Shown here: positions 12,801-25,589 of the stretch, in pieces
Layout of the letters: each line of letters starts with the position of its first letter
Numbering within the stretch: the stretch's first letter is position 1
Assembly (NCBI GenBank): GCA_030248215.1
Contig: JASANG010001546.1
Span: 620,001-684,000 of the forward strand
Length of the DNA: 64,000 bases
DNA from: Enoplolaimus lenunculus
Lineage: Eukaryota
Direction: 5' to 3'
Made by a program: the position numbers and the translations under genes
Notes under the pieces: model-generated
What the model saw: the letters and a program-made list of their open reading frames with translations, nothing else
Told to the model about the DNA's origin: nothing
The model's database searches: none

Positions 12801-15800
12801 TATTGTATACCATAAGCCAATAGTATGTCATCTCTCATGGACAAAGCAGTTTAAATCTCTTGGGTTGGGCGTTTGAAACCCGCGTTTCTGAGTTATGATT
12901 TAAAGTTAAACTGATAAACATTGAAAACAACTTAAACTGTACGTAAAGGAAAATGTACCCCGTTTCCTGAGCTAAGAACGGTCATGCAAATAGCCACAAT
13001 GGGGCTGTTTTGGGAAAAAAGAACCACAGACCACACACGACAACTATGCGGCAATTTGTCATATTTGAACCCGAAAACTGGACAAACGATATATTCGTTC
13101 CGAGTTCTCTGAGGTTTACAAACGGGCCAGCGGTTTCGACCGTGGAATCATGAGGAACTCACAGGCCGTCTACGGTGTGACAAAAGAACGTAAATGGTTG
13201 ACTTTTAAATCGGTACAAGCACTGCGTGGCACTTGCAACGATGCCATGGCCTTTAAGGCACATTTCTTTGAAAATATCTGGCTAAGTGCGCATAAAACCT
13301 TTTGTCGCGCGACCTGAGTTTACGTTAAAACGAACCCGAAGCCGGAGGGGGGCCAGACGGGATCGGTTCCTCTGAAAGAATATTGGCCGCCGTAGAAAAT
13401 TTTTAATCTTGCTTGTAAGTCATCGAAAACCTTTGTATTCCCCTTCTGACAAATGTTAAGCTCCTTCTAGCGTGGCGAGATGGCTACAGGCCTGGGTATA
13501 AATGGTCAGAATCAGCATGCATCCCAATGTGGGCGCCAATCCCGAGGCGGGGTGAAGGGTAACTTACCCCCAGTTTCTGGGTAAAAACATTGGTACGTGT
13601 TTTTGAACCCCCTTTTAAACGACAAAAAAGTTGATGGGTCTATTAGTACCCAAATCATTTGATAGTAGTGATGGGCAGCGGATATCATTCATATCCGGAT
13701 ATCCGGAGTTCAGATATCTATAATTTTTTAGATGTACATTTGCGTAAAAAGGGACGCGTTGAGTTGAGTTGCGTCATTTTTGGCATTGGATGACTGGTTC
13801 AGAGCATCTGATTTACTATTAATTTTGAATTACTTTTGATTAAGAATAGAAACAAGACTTGTAAGCTCTTTTTCCATCAAACAAATGACACTGTTTGTTG
13901 TGTAAACGGAACAACTATTAGCTAACATATCATGTTAACAATTGGCACATAAATTTTGTAAGCGATAGAAAAATTTTGTAATAGCTATTGGTAGCGCTAT
14001 ACTTGTTGTGGGAAGTGTGATCGTGTCTGCATTACTGAATTGAACCCCAATCAATTTTGAAAGCAGATTGGCACCCATGTAACCCGAGATTTCACTTTGG
14101 CTCCGGCACGAATTTTTACGAAACGTGTGACTTTCGGCCGGCGAGGCTGCTTGCAATTTTGAAATTTCAAAAATGTGAGCGTTTTGAAAATGAAAGTTTA
14201 AAAACATTTTTTCAACGTTTTTTTGCTGATTGTTGTGAAAATTAGCTAAATTTAACATTAATTTTAAATTACTTGATTTTGCTCTCGGACCCTGACTGTT
14301 TCTACCTGGGGTTGCGCTCAAGTTAAAAACAATGCTAAAACGGTAGAGTAACCAGGTGTGTTTTACCTGTAAATTTGTAACTTTCAAATTAGTGAATCTT
14401 GAGGCTTAGGATTCAGCACATTTTTCGCATATAATTTGGTCTACTACTGTACCAATTTTGAGTTCAACACCTGCAATATTTAGTGAGTTTGAAAACCTAT
14501 TACTAACTGATGATGGTTGCTATACTCAATTGAGAATATGAGCATAAACCATTACAACTAATTGTTACGGTACCGTATAATGTATTAAAATGTGTTATTT
14601 GGGAGAAACAGAAGTCAAAAATAAATTAATAAAATTTGCACGTTTTTCAATTCAATTTATATAAACACATTCCAACAAATAAAAATCAACAAATTCCACT
14701 TGTTTCACGTACAGAGTGAGAAATGAGTAATAACTTTTTTCTAAATCAAAATTCTATGACTCATTTAACACTTAATCTTTTGTGTAAAATCGTTAAAATA
14801 TTAAAGTAATAAATTCAAAAGTTTACTTTTCTAATTATTACTGTATTTTATTTGACAAAAGCAACGGAAATTAATACAAAAAAATATATAAATGTTTAAA
14901 ATTGTAAAGTAAGCTGCTTAACACGTAATTTCCACATTTTTTGAAGTGAACTCAAATTTTGGCAAAGTTGAAGTGTAGGATTAGGATACGAATAGATTTA
15001 ATAAAAACACTGTACCGGACATACATTAGAAATATTGATAGCTATGTGGACATTTTTCCCTCAGAACAACGGTGTCGAAATGTCCGCTTTTATAGTTCAA
15101 GTAGCGGCGGACATTTATTTAGCTAACTATACTGCAGGACGTTGCTCGTGCGCAGAGTGCTTTTAGTAACGTGTGACTGACATAAGCATAATCATAATGA
15201 TGGGCGACAAATTGTCGTGATACCAGCACACGCTTCAATATGATATTGGTTTGTAACCTTCCAACCTTTAAAAACAAAAAATGAATGAAAAAATAACAAA
15301 AATATAAAATAATTTAGAGTTTTTAGTCAAAATTTGTAATGTTTTTCATTTTTGAACAAATGTTAAACTGAAACGATACGGATTATTTATCGGTCGGCCG
15401 TCCAGAGTAAAATAACTGTGTCAAACATATAACAATAACGCGAATTTGTGTTATTGCATTGCAATATACTGCTATGTAAAGCGATGTTCTGATGGATTTT
15501 GGTAGGGATTAGCAAGGATATTTTTTGCATATCCAGGTATTTTAAGGGTTGCGCGATACTTGACATGTGGCGCCGGACGTCGTCAAAAGTAAAGCGGAAC
15601 GCTAATGCTGCTTAATATTTACACACTTTCATAGTAACGTTCGTTTTACTCCAAAGTTCTACTTTCACACTCGAACCCCAATATTCAATCGCCGTTCGTT
15701 CGATTTGAAGTAAATGGTTACCAAAATCTTCAACCTCAATGCAAAGCCGAAGCCAGCACAGTTTGCTAGGAGGCTAAAAATTATTTCAGGAAAAACATAC

Positions 15801-16093
15801 AAGGGGTTTCGATAACTTACAAGCAAGGTCGAAAATGTTCTAGACGTGCCAATATTTTTCCATGAGGCTGAGGTTTCCGGGCCACCCTTAGCTACGGTCC
15901 TGCATCGATATCCAAATTTTTTGGGTCCATTGTAGACCCATATTCTCAAATACGTATACACCATCCACCATCCCATAGCGATACGTTTTCAGACGGACAA
16001 ATAAACTTCTACCTGTTACACAATAATTAATATCGATAGGAGGTTAAGATTAAATTAAGAATTTACAAGATCTCTTTGTGACAAAGTCGTCAC

Positions 16094-16307
16094 GGTCCAT
16101 GTAAAGATCAGAGGCGGAACATTTTTCTGTGGGATTGCAATAGAATAAGCTTAAGCTTTAGACTAATTTTTCTGCTTGGCTTAGGCTTAGACTTAGGTTT
16201 AGGCTTAGGAATAAACTCATCCCTACGCTTAGGCACAGGCACAGGCTTAGGCTTAGGCTTAGGAATAACGTTATAATACTGTTCCGCCACTGTTCTTTAC
16301 ATTGGCC
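16094..16307 (+). mobile_element. TTAGGC-bearing MITE (family A)
   Basis: About 27-bp TIR GGYCMATGTAAAGAWCAGRGGCGGAAC; two TTAGGC tracts. This element explains the spurious PKPKPK ORF. Confidence 0.9.
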
Positions 16308-16361
16308 GTCGTCACTAACTGATGTTATATGCAGTGCTGTGACAGATTGTGAAATATTTAA

Positions 16362-16626
16362 CCCTTTAACTTATAGAGTATACTATTATCAAACAAATAC
16401 AAGTAATATATGAGCAACACAGAGACAATGTGAGCAGTGTTTAACAATTCTAACATATATGCGCAGTGCAAAACTCTACAAGACGTGAGAGCTCCCTTGG
16501 GGTCGAGCGTCAAACTCCTATAGCTGAGTAGTCATCGTAAACGCCACCTACATGAGAGACTGAGGATCGACTCTTACCTTGAAATTGCAACTCATATGAA
16601 ATTGAACATATTCATGTGAAAAAGGG
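16362..16626 (+). mobile_element. piggyBac-like MITE containing a degenerate tRNA-like A/B-box cassette
   Basis: TTAA|CCCTTT...AAAGGG|TTAA; interior homologous to 52648-52910, 30575-30735 and 16930-17070. Confidence 0.78.
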
Positions 16627-17075
16627 TTAAAATAGGACTCACAAGATATATCATTGTGAAAAAAAGCTCGTAGACTTAAAAGCCAAACGCAATTTTGGTA
16701 CTTAATCTTAATACAAAATTTGGCTTTGTTCCCTGTTTTGTGGCATCATCTGGGAAGGCTCAAGCAGGCGATAAAACGGTTAAAAATATGGCTGAAAATT
16801 ACAGATAAAACACAAAATATCTAACGAAACATTAATATTTCGATAGAATCCTTGAGTTCAACCCCATTCCACAAAAATATACTAAAAGCAACTAAATTGC
16901 AATTTTTGTGCGCGAAATAATACGCAGTGGGCCGCGTTTAACAAGCAACGGTGCACACATTACACGAACAGTAATGTGCCTCCACAAGACGTGGGAGTCC
17001 CCTCGGGCTCAAGCATCAACCTGGTATACCTGAATGGTCATGATAGATGCCTCACAGCACTCGAGAGACAGTTGT

Positions 17076-17306
17076 CATGTGAGACATGCTTATCCTGGTG
17101 CATATGCAATAAATGCAATGCACATTGAGTTGTACGGTCAACACATATAGTTGATGAGAAATGCAGTTGGAGAGGTGGGCTACGTGGCGCAGTGGTAGAG
17201 TGCTCGCTTAAGGATCCATAGGCTGAGAGTTCGATCCCCGCTCAAGCCTGCTTTTCCAGCTGCTTGGTAGAAAGGTCTGAAGTCCCGGCTCCTACCTAGA
17301 CTGACA
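17076..17306 (+). mobile_element. Interspersed repeat with a tRNA-derived (SINE-like) module at about 17177-17249
   Basis: A-box TGGCGCAGTGG and B-box GTTCGATCC; the anticodon arm does not pair; second copy at 54792-55038. Confidence 0.8.
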
Positions 17307-18220
17307 TTGTCTATTCGAATCCTAGTTTGACACTGATTAACAGTTGAAATAGGAACTTTATTGTGCAAACGGATTAATTGAAACATTGTGAAATACTGGC
17401 TTGGTTTCTGAAATTTTAACGCTTTTAAAAACGACAAAATTGTTAAGTAATTACTTACCACGTACTTAAATACTAAGTCGTACTTAAGTAGGGTTTAGGA
17501 AACCCAGCCATTGCCTTTTATGGAAAAATTTTCAAATATTTTGAAACTTAATTACAACATAAGCAATGCTATCTTATCCTAACTATTGTGTATTATTGCT
17601 GTATCAGTGCGCTCTAATTGCACGTTACTATAGCACTAATCATCAGTTACTGACAGTACCATGAGAAGCAAGCGTTCACGTCAAAAAATAAACATACGAC
17701 TGCAGTTTTGTTTCACTGCAATTAACGCAAACTGCATTTAAGAACAGAAACGGCAATAAAATAGGTTACATAATTGCAAAAATTGCACAAGGACTGCAAA
17801 ATTAATATGTGATTGATCATTGAAACTGTCAGTGAGAATACTTGTAATACCGTGTGAAACTGTATGAGTTTATCAATAAGGTTCTACAATGCACTGAACT
17901 ATTGCTCGAATAGTCAATGTTTAGCGATAAGAAAGTTTGAACGTAACGCTTCATAAACTACATACAGGGGCATATACAAGGGACGGAATACGGGGTCCAT
18001 CATATCAACCCACCAAGACCTCGACGAGACGGGAAAAAGGCTATTTTTGCAGGTATTTAACCTGATATATTTTACAGTTCAAAAACAGATTTTACATCTA
18101 AGTTGGGCTTTGCCCTCTCGAAATAAAGCCTCTTATTGTGCATTTAAAACATTATTGTCTAGAAAAATTGATACAATTATGCTATTCCACTGCCGTTTCG
18201 TACAGCTTAATTATATATGT

Positions 18221-18319
18221 CAGGGTGCAACCAAAATTCGTGTTGCGGCCGGAAGAATTCCTTCAAAAATTCAATTCCTGTTTCTGTTTTGGTGAAATTT
18301 AGTTTGTGTTGGAACACTG
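18221..18319. mobile_element. Short hAT-like MITE, hit at its right end by the 18325-18761 insertion
   Basis: CAGGGTGCAACC...GTTGGAACACTG termini. Confidence 0.6.
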
Positions 18320-18324
18320 AATAT

Positions 18325-18761
18325 CAGGGTGCAACCGGAATTACAATTTACCGGACCCGGAATTTGAAAATTTTACCGGAACCGGAAAGTGAAAAATGCA
18401 TATCATCAAAAATTTCATTTTAATCTTATTTCTTGCTCTATTATTTGTGAAATAACCTTAGTCGAACATAGGTATATATTTATTTTATTTGTTGTATTTT
18501 AGATTTTCATCATCGACTGAAGTGAAATCCACCATCAATGGCTTATATTCGGAGTACAAGTGGCTTTCAAGAGAGATTCTTAAAAATTAGCAAAGTTAAG
18601 AAAACGGCCAAATTATAATACCGGAATTTTTAAATCCGGTAAAAATTTACCGGAACCGGAAGGTGAAAAAATGCCGGAACCGGAACCGGAATTCCGGTTG
18701 CACCCGGAACCGGAAGGTGAAAAAATGCCGGAACCGGAACCGGAATTCCGGTTGCACCCTG
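18325..18761. mobile_element. hAT-like MITE with a perfect 8-bp TSD (family F)
   Basis: TIR CAGGGTGCAACCGGAATT; TSD CTGAATAT at 18317-18324 and 18762-18769; CCGGAA subterminal repeats. Confidence 0.93.
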
Positions 18762-19051
18762 CTGAATATGTATATATAGGAAAGTAAAAGCAAAATTTAT
18801 CTAAAGTTAACAATAGACACTAAATTAGGCGACGCCAATATTTTTCTACTCAGACAGTTGAATTTTTTTGGCTCTGAGCCAGGGACCAGAGCTTACATGT
18901 TACCGATACAAGAAGGCTTAATAATAACTTGTCAAAAATTCATTACAGAGAACAATTTAAAGCCGAGATTCACAGAACGCTAACTGTTAAACATTGCACA
19001 TTATTAAGCGTTAAAGGGTTAATAATACAGAATTGGATAACATTTCTATTA

Positions 19052-19308
19052 AGCCTCATTCACACGTGCATGTTTTTGCAGCGAGAATGCTCGCAGTGGC
19101 AACTTGAACGAAACACTTGCACCTGTATGTATTTTGAAACGAACATTACGACTGACCAATGAAACTGCAGGTGCAAGAAATTCAAGTGACTTGCAACTGC
19201 ATTCAAGTGCACGAATTAAATTAAATAGCATGAATTCTAGTGAATAATTTACAACTGCAAGAACTTCAAAGCTGGTTTGTGACCAAACTTGCACGTGTGA
19301 ATAGGGCT
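19052..19308. mobile_element. PIF/Harbinger-like MITE, family B copy 3
   Basis: AGCCTCATTCACACGTGCA...TGCACGTGTGAATAGGGCT; TSD TTA/TTA. Confidence 0.85.
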
Positions 19309-20954
19309 TTACTTTCGAAACCGTTTATAAACGTAGCATGACGTAAGCTCTTCGAAAAAAATAAGTGCTGTTTTGATAATAATATGGTTTTTCTGCATTC
19401 TCGTCCATATTTACAGTTAACACTTAAGTTTAGGTGAAATTTTAAGTTTAGTTTTATGTAGACATTTTCCGAAACCTGAACATAAGTCTATTGCAGAAAA
19501 GGGTACAAGAGCCAAAGATATGTTTCACGTCTGGCGAAATTAATGCAAATAATAGAAAAACTAAAAAAATAATGACAAACAACTGAGGTTAACGTTACAA
19601 TTTTAAAATTTTAAAAATACAGAAAAAATTACATATGACCTGTACAAGTAAATGAGGCGGTGATATTAAAAACCAACCTAATTTAGTTGTTTCTAATGGG
19701 AAATTTTTTAAAAAAATACCTTAAGTTTCTGTGACAAATTACTCAAAGTTTATCATCATTTAAATGTTTCAGCTGCGTAAAAATGTTTAAAAATAAAATT
19801 TTAGAAAAACTAAATCATCAACAATACAGTGACCCATATAATATTTGAAATTACGCTTATTACGATGAGAACAAATAGTCTTTTCGGTATCGTTAAACTG
19901 TTTTTGATCTGTTGGACTTAAACTAAAGGTATCCTCACCGACCACAAATCGTTTGATCTTTTCTGCTACTTTAAATTGCCCTAAACCGACAACCCTGGAT
20001 ATTTAACCAAATGGGTAAACCAGAGAACGGACACTAGCGGATCCAGAGGGGGGGGGCAGGAGCGGGAACAGAGGAATATGCCCCCGTCCACTGTTGTAAA
20101 ATCCCCTTTTGAGACTTTTACAAAGTATGAAAAAACTCGGGATTCAAAGTTCTAACACCATACCACAACTCGCCCTATAACCAAATTTACGACAATTCAT
20201 CGCCTGGCAACTTGTTTCCTAACAAAACCAAGTAATAAATCTAAGTATAATCCTAAGTGTAAGCCTAAGCGTAACCCAAAGCCATAGGCGTTGAATTGTG
20301 TCAACTCGGGTGTAATTTGTGCATTACAAGTTGTCGACCGATGAGTTCTCGGGCGACGAATTATCCTGCCACCCCCAAAACCACAACTTGAAACTACGTC
20401 AATTCCAGCGCTTTTGTTTGATAACAAATATTGCAAGAAATGAATCATAGAAAAATCTGTTTCATATCATCAATAAATCTTAATCAGATATGAAAGTATA
20501 AATGCAGTAGTAAACACTGCCTGATACATTCAAAAATCATAAATGCTTATTGAATTTAAGCTGGACTGGAAAACCCATCCCGGGTACAGGTGGTGGAAAG
20601 CTAACGGGACTCCAACCCGGAAAAATGCTTATTCTTGTTAACAACTGAGGTTAATTGATTTTGGGTCGTCGGTCGATCTTTTTAGCTGGGGTAAGCGGGT
20701 TAAAAATTCCTGTTTGGCAGGGTAAAACGCGGGTCGGGTTAATATCCTTAAACATCCCATTCTGGTGACACTTACCAAATTAAAATCCTGACTCGCCCGT
20801 GGAAACTAAAGATCATTGTTGGCACTGAATTTCAAATATTTGCTAATTCAATCAGAAAAATAACTATTTTGAAGTGTATTTTTAGTAATTTTTTTACTTA
20901 TTTTTGCATTTATATTGAGTTGTATCATACAGAGCCATTCACGAAATTTTTCCT

Positions 20955-21028
20955 GTGGGTCCGGCAAGGTTCGAAACCACCACGACGTACAGTTTACCGA
21001 CTCGCTGCTCTAACCACTGATCTACGCA
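20955..21028 (-). pseudogene. tRNA-derived SINE head or tRNA pseudogene fragment
   Basis: The minus strand reads GTAGATCAGTGGTTAGAGCA...GGTTTCGAACC, with A and B boxes at tRNA-like spacing but no valid cloverleaf. Confidence 0.55.
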
Positions 21029-21115
21029 TTCTTACAATCTTTTCACTATAATGGCTCTATATACCGTAAGTTTTGGTTGTTACTGTTAAAAATATTTATG
21101 AATTTGCAGAAAAGC

Positions 21116-21273
21116 CAGACCCGTAGCCAGTTCACCTTGTAACTGAGGGGGGCTGAAAATTTTTCATCAGGTGCATACAAGTGTTTTCGTTCACTTACAA
21201 GCAAGGTTGAAAATTTTCTAGGAGGGTTAAAATTTTTTCGGGTGGGGCTGAACCCTCGTTGGCTACGGTGTCG
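21116..21273. mobile_element. hAT-like MITE family E (CAGRCCCGTAGCCAG TIR). Further copies at about 13336-13493, 15745-15902, 32050-32200, 33730-33897, 35304-35443, 37075-37252, 48760-48916, 55625-55785
   Basis: Shared core gacttacaagcaaggttgaaaattttctagg with CCCGTAGCC...GGCTACGGG termini in at least nine places, in both orientations. Confidence 0.8.
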
Positions 21274-24200
21274 CGCGAAAGCGTACAACTTGGATACCAT
21301 CTCTCAAATTTCGAAACCGGTAATGCTAAGTAGAAAGAACCTTTTAAGCATGGACAGGGGTACGTATAACTGGTGTGAAAAATTTACAAGCAACTGCATC
21401 AAATATAAAAATAAGCTTTATTAAAATACAAAAACAAAGTGTATAATAGTCTTATTATTAAGTGAAAATAATAAAAAGAAAATAATTGCATCTCAAACGC
21501 TACGGCATTTACAATATATTCATGAACGCATCTGAGCATTAAATATTTTACAAGTAAATGTGAAATAAAATAAAATTTACAAATGTATCATTTAACGCAA
21601 TGAAGTGGGGGGTGGGCATATCGGTTGAAACCATTCGAGTCACAGCAAATGGAGATTTGTGCTTAAGAAAAACCTGGTCGATTCTAAGGATCAACCAAAA
21701 TTTTCTCGTCCGATTGGCTCGATTGTGACAAAGTTTCGTACAAACATTATCCCTATTCAGTGCTGGTTATGCTTGTGATACTTAACCCTTTTGGGTGGAA
21801 TATTATTCGCCTCTGCGATACAAAACAGTACACAAAAGACATGAATTACATTTTGATGTTGATTTTGAGTAGAAATTTCACTTTTCATTGAAAATTTGAA
21901 CGTTTTGAAATTTATTTGAATTTTAAGAATTCCCAAAATGAACGCGAGACAGAAATAAGTATTGTTCAGATTTGAGATATATCAATTGGATTGATGCGTA
22001 CACAGTATCGCTCAGAATAACCGAGTTTTTGGTAAAATATTTAGCATAGGTTCCGGCAATTTCGGTAGTAGAATTATTCGTTTCTTTGAAAATTCTTTCT
22101 CGTTTGGTAAAAGTTTTTAAATTTGTGGGTTACTTATATATTTAATGCCCAAGCCTAAGGATAAGCCTAAGCCTGAACCTAAAGCCCAAGCATGTCGTAA
22201 TAATGGAAGAATATAAACACTGTGGGGTGACTTCCGCTTTCTATTAATTAAAAACACTGCGAGGGGGGAACTTAACAAGCATTATTTGTGGCTATTTTTG
22301 AAGTCTGAATTGCCAAATTTTTATAAAAAGAAGTACGAAATTAATTTTACACCACTTTTTAAAAATGTTAAAATTTGCAAACAAACGTAATTTTAACAAA
22401 TCTAATTTATTTCATCTTTGGTTGCGGTTATAAAAATTTTTTGCAATCTCATCTGATAGTTTTCACCTCCAGTTGAACTCTACTCTCTCGAACATATTTT
22501 AGTTGAAGCTAAATTGAACGATTCCTTAGATATACATAATTTCTGAGCAGCACTTGTTAATCAAAAAAATTTTAGCGCAAACTCGACTTAAACTTGAAAA
22601 CTTTTGTTTAAGTTAAACATATAATTCTGGTTAAGTTAGCCTGTCAAGACATTTAAATGTTACATAAATTAATATTCAATTTTAGTTCAGATGTAATTTA
22701 AGTTTAAGTTTTTAGAGAGTATAAGGAGCTGCAACTTCACGAGTAAGTAGTCCAACTTTAAAAGTGTTGACCACCAAGCGAAAGTCAAACGTTTTTGACA
22801 AAGTACAACAGTTTCATGTTGAAAAATGTTGTTTGCCCCAGATAATTTCATATCTCTGACGCAAATCGTTGATTTCAGGGCTGAGATATTTAAATGTTGG
22901 CCATAATTTTACTAAAACTATCCTTTAAAGCAGAAAACGAAACGAATGTTATGTATGAAAACATATGGTAAATAGCGAATTTTGTGTTTTCAGAACTAAA
23001 TTGAGCTGGTAATGCGTTCTGAATACTAATTTAGACATTAAAATGTTCAAAATAGATCAAACCTTCAAATCGTCACAAACAGTTAAAGCCGACCAAGCCA
23101 TACGGCAATACAAAAAATACAAGTTGCAGCTGCGGTACAATTTCTCATATACATTTAGGTTTAGCTTAGGATTAGGAGAGAATATGCTGAGTCAAAATAG
23201 CTTAGTAACTGTTTATATAATTCATGAATCAGCTTATTTTTGTAGCAAACAAATGTACAAAAATGTATTTAAAGCAAATGAAAACCTGCATGTATTATGT
23301 TTAAATAAAATTCCTAAATATTTTCACCATTTTCTAATTGTTTAATATCCCAAAATACTTATTCATAAATTTCTCTGTGACTAAACCGTACCAACTAAAG
23401 AATGAAGAATGTGAAATATTTTATTTTCGATTATTAATTATTGGAACATCTGGTTTGCATAATTTAGTAACCGTTAAACAGAGACGGAATGTGAAAATGT
23501 TTGGAATATAACAAGACAGCGTTGAAACAATAAAGTGAAATGTGAAAAAAGAGGTTCTAACTTAACCTAAATGAGTAAAAAATGATATACGAAAAAATAG
23601 TCTTTTTTAAAAATGATTTCTTTAAAAATATGAACCATTTTTAGCAATTTCTAAATTCTAAAAGACCTCATAAGTCTTTTACGTAAATTTCAGTAAAAAA
23701 TCAGACAACGAAAACAATAGAAGCTTGAAAAATACGTTGATTTTTTATAATTAATTAAACAAACATATGTTTTGTATCGTAAAGTAACCGTTAAGCCAGT
23801 TTGCGAGAATATTTCCAGCACCGTCGGATATAATTGACATATGAATTGAAGAAATTAAAATTATGAAATTACCACAAGGTTTTTAATATTGATACAAAAA
23901 TAATACCTGAAGAGTCGTTACACAAATATGATCTTATATTATACTTCTAGAACGGGAATAAATTCTACCAATATAAATTTGGGAAAATACACCAAAAATG
24001 AGTGGTTCAATCGTGGACAAAGTTTGAAATTTACAACTGGATTGGACAACGCAAAATGTATATTTTTCATAGAATTTTTTAGTTAAATTTTCTGTCATCA
24101 AAAAATACTTTTCTGATTTTTTCAAAACTATTGGATATTATTGCACCCTGTGTACACCGTTTGGCTTCAAAGAACCCCTGCCAATAAAAAGATAGGCCTT

Positions 24201-24797
24201 GAGCTCAGCAGGGACTTTATTAGATACTGCAAAGGTCATGGCTACGTTGTTCAGGGGGTATGGTTAGGGATATATGAATGTATATAATTCTTTTCGAACT
24301 TTCTAAAATAAAAATACACACCTTTGAAAAGCTTTGGAATAAGTTTAAATATAATTTAGGTTAGCAAATTTTTGTTTAAATCAGGTTATACCATGCCAAC
24401 ATAAAAACCTGGCAAAGCTTTCTGAAATTCATTCAAGCGTTTGTTACAATCAAATGCTAATCGAATAATATTCAGTTGAACGAATTGTTCAATTCTGTTT
24501 TAAAAATAAATCCAAAGTTTTCAACAAAAGTTTGACTCCACTTTGCAAAAATACAGTTGCAAACACTGGAAGAAAAACAACTGTAATAAACTACTTTGTG
24601 TTGGTCAACCACTTGAACCAATCGGATGCGTAATTATTCATCCGACTGTCAAATTGACTCTGTCTGTTTAATAATTCATTCTAACGCAGTGATACAAAGA
24701 ATATAAATTCTATTTTTTAAATTTGAAAAAATAGTACAGTTGGATGTTTTCTTTTTTGATTTTGAAATAAAAGCAGAAACAAAGTTAAACCACTGGC

Positions 24798-24980
24798 GGA
24801 CAATATATAGAACAGGGACGGAACAGTAGTATAAGAATATTTCTAAATCTTAGCTAAGTCCTAAGACTAAGCGTAAAAATAAGCTTATACCTAAGCCATA
24901 GCAAAAAAATAGTCAAAAGCTTGAGCTTATTCTATTCTAGACCATAGGAAAACGTTCCGCCCCTGATCGTTAAACAGGCT
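24798..24980 (-). mobile_element. TTAGGC-bearing MITE (family A)
   Basis: agaacagggacggaac...gttccgcccctgatc; degenerate CCTAAG tract. Confidence 0.78.
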
Positions 24981-25291
24981 GCACCTGGCAAATCCCTATT
25001 TCGATAACCTGGGCACAAGCATCTAAAGGTGTCGAAACGGCCAAAATATTATCAAACAAATTTGCAAGTGCTTATTTAAACATTCGCTGAGTTGAACAGT
25101 AAGAACCCGTAAGAAAGTGGTCTGACAGGCTCAGGGAATGTACGGTCTGTTAATCTTGGCGCCGATCAAATGTTATGGGGTTTGATGCAAACGGAATGCA
25201 TTGCGATGAAAGTATTTGGTAAAATTTAGTAATTTTACGTTTCCTAAATTCATCCTACAAGCAGTTATCAAATACTGTGAATCGAAAAATA

Positions 25292-25589
25292 CACTGTAAA
25301 TTGAGTTGATTTTAACTCAAAATGAGTTGAAACACTCAGTCTGAGGGAGGACTATCAGAACTCAAAATTTTGAGTTGAGAGTTGATTCAATTCATTCTGA
25401 GTTAATTAATCAACTCACCCAAAGTTAACTCAACTCAGAGTGTGAATTAACTCAACTCAGAGTGTGAATTAACTCAACTCAGAGTGTGAATTAACTCAAC
25501 TCAGAGTGAACTAATGTTTATTGACATTAATTCAAAAATAAACAACTCGCTACATGAATTGATCAATCAACTCATTGCAATTTACAGTG
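25292..25589. mobile_element. CAC-ended MITE family C copy 1 (AACTC-rich)
   Basis: TA|CACTGTAAATT...AATTTACAGTG|TA. Confidence 0.85.
25425..25508. repeat. 22-bp minisatellite x about 3.8 inside the family C element
   Basis: TTAACTCAACTCAGAGTGTGAA repeated exactly, with no spacers. Confidence 0.92.

Noticed and set aside
13660..15210. Autonomous transposon remnant
   Set aside because: There is a hAT-like start (TAGTGATGGGC), but no matching right TIR, TSD or transposase-like ORF could be identified.
16108..16290. PKPKPK / LSLSL / LRLRL ORFs
   Set aside because: These are translations of the TTAGGC tracts in family A MITEs.
17177..17249. Functional tRNA gene (also about 54909-54980, 20955-21028, 52697-52755)
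   Set aside because: A and B boxes are present, but the anticodon and T stems do not pair properly. Three of the four lie in repeats with other copies in the window.
18613..18813. GSGSG-repeat ORF (also the ORFs at 63250-63601)
   Set aside because: These are translations of CCGGAA/CCGGAG subterminal repeats of hAT-like MITEs.
25425..25508. 22-bp direct repeats as a CRISPR array
   Set aside because: The repeats are contiguous with no spacers and lie inside a MITE; there are no cas genes and the context is eukaryotic.
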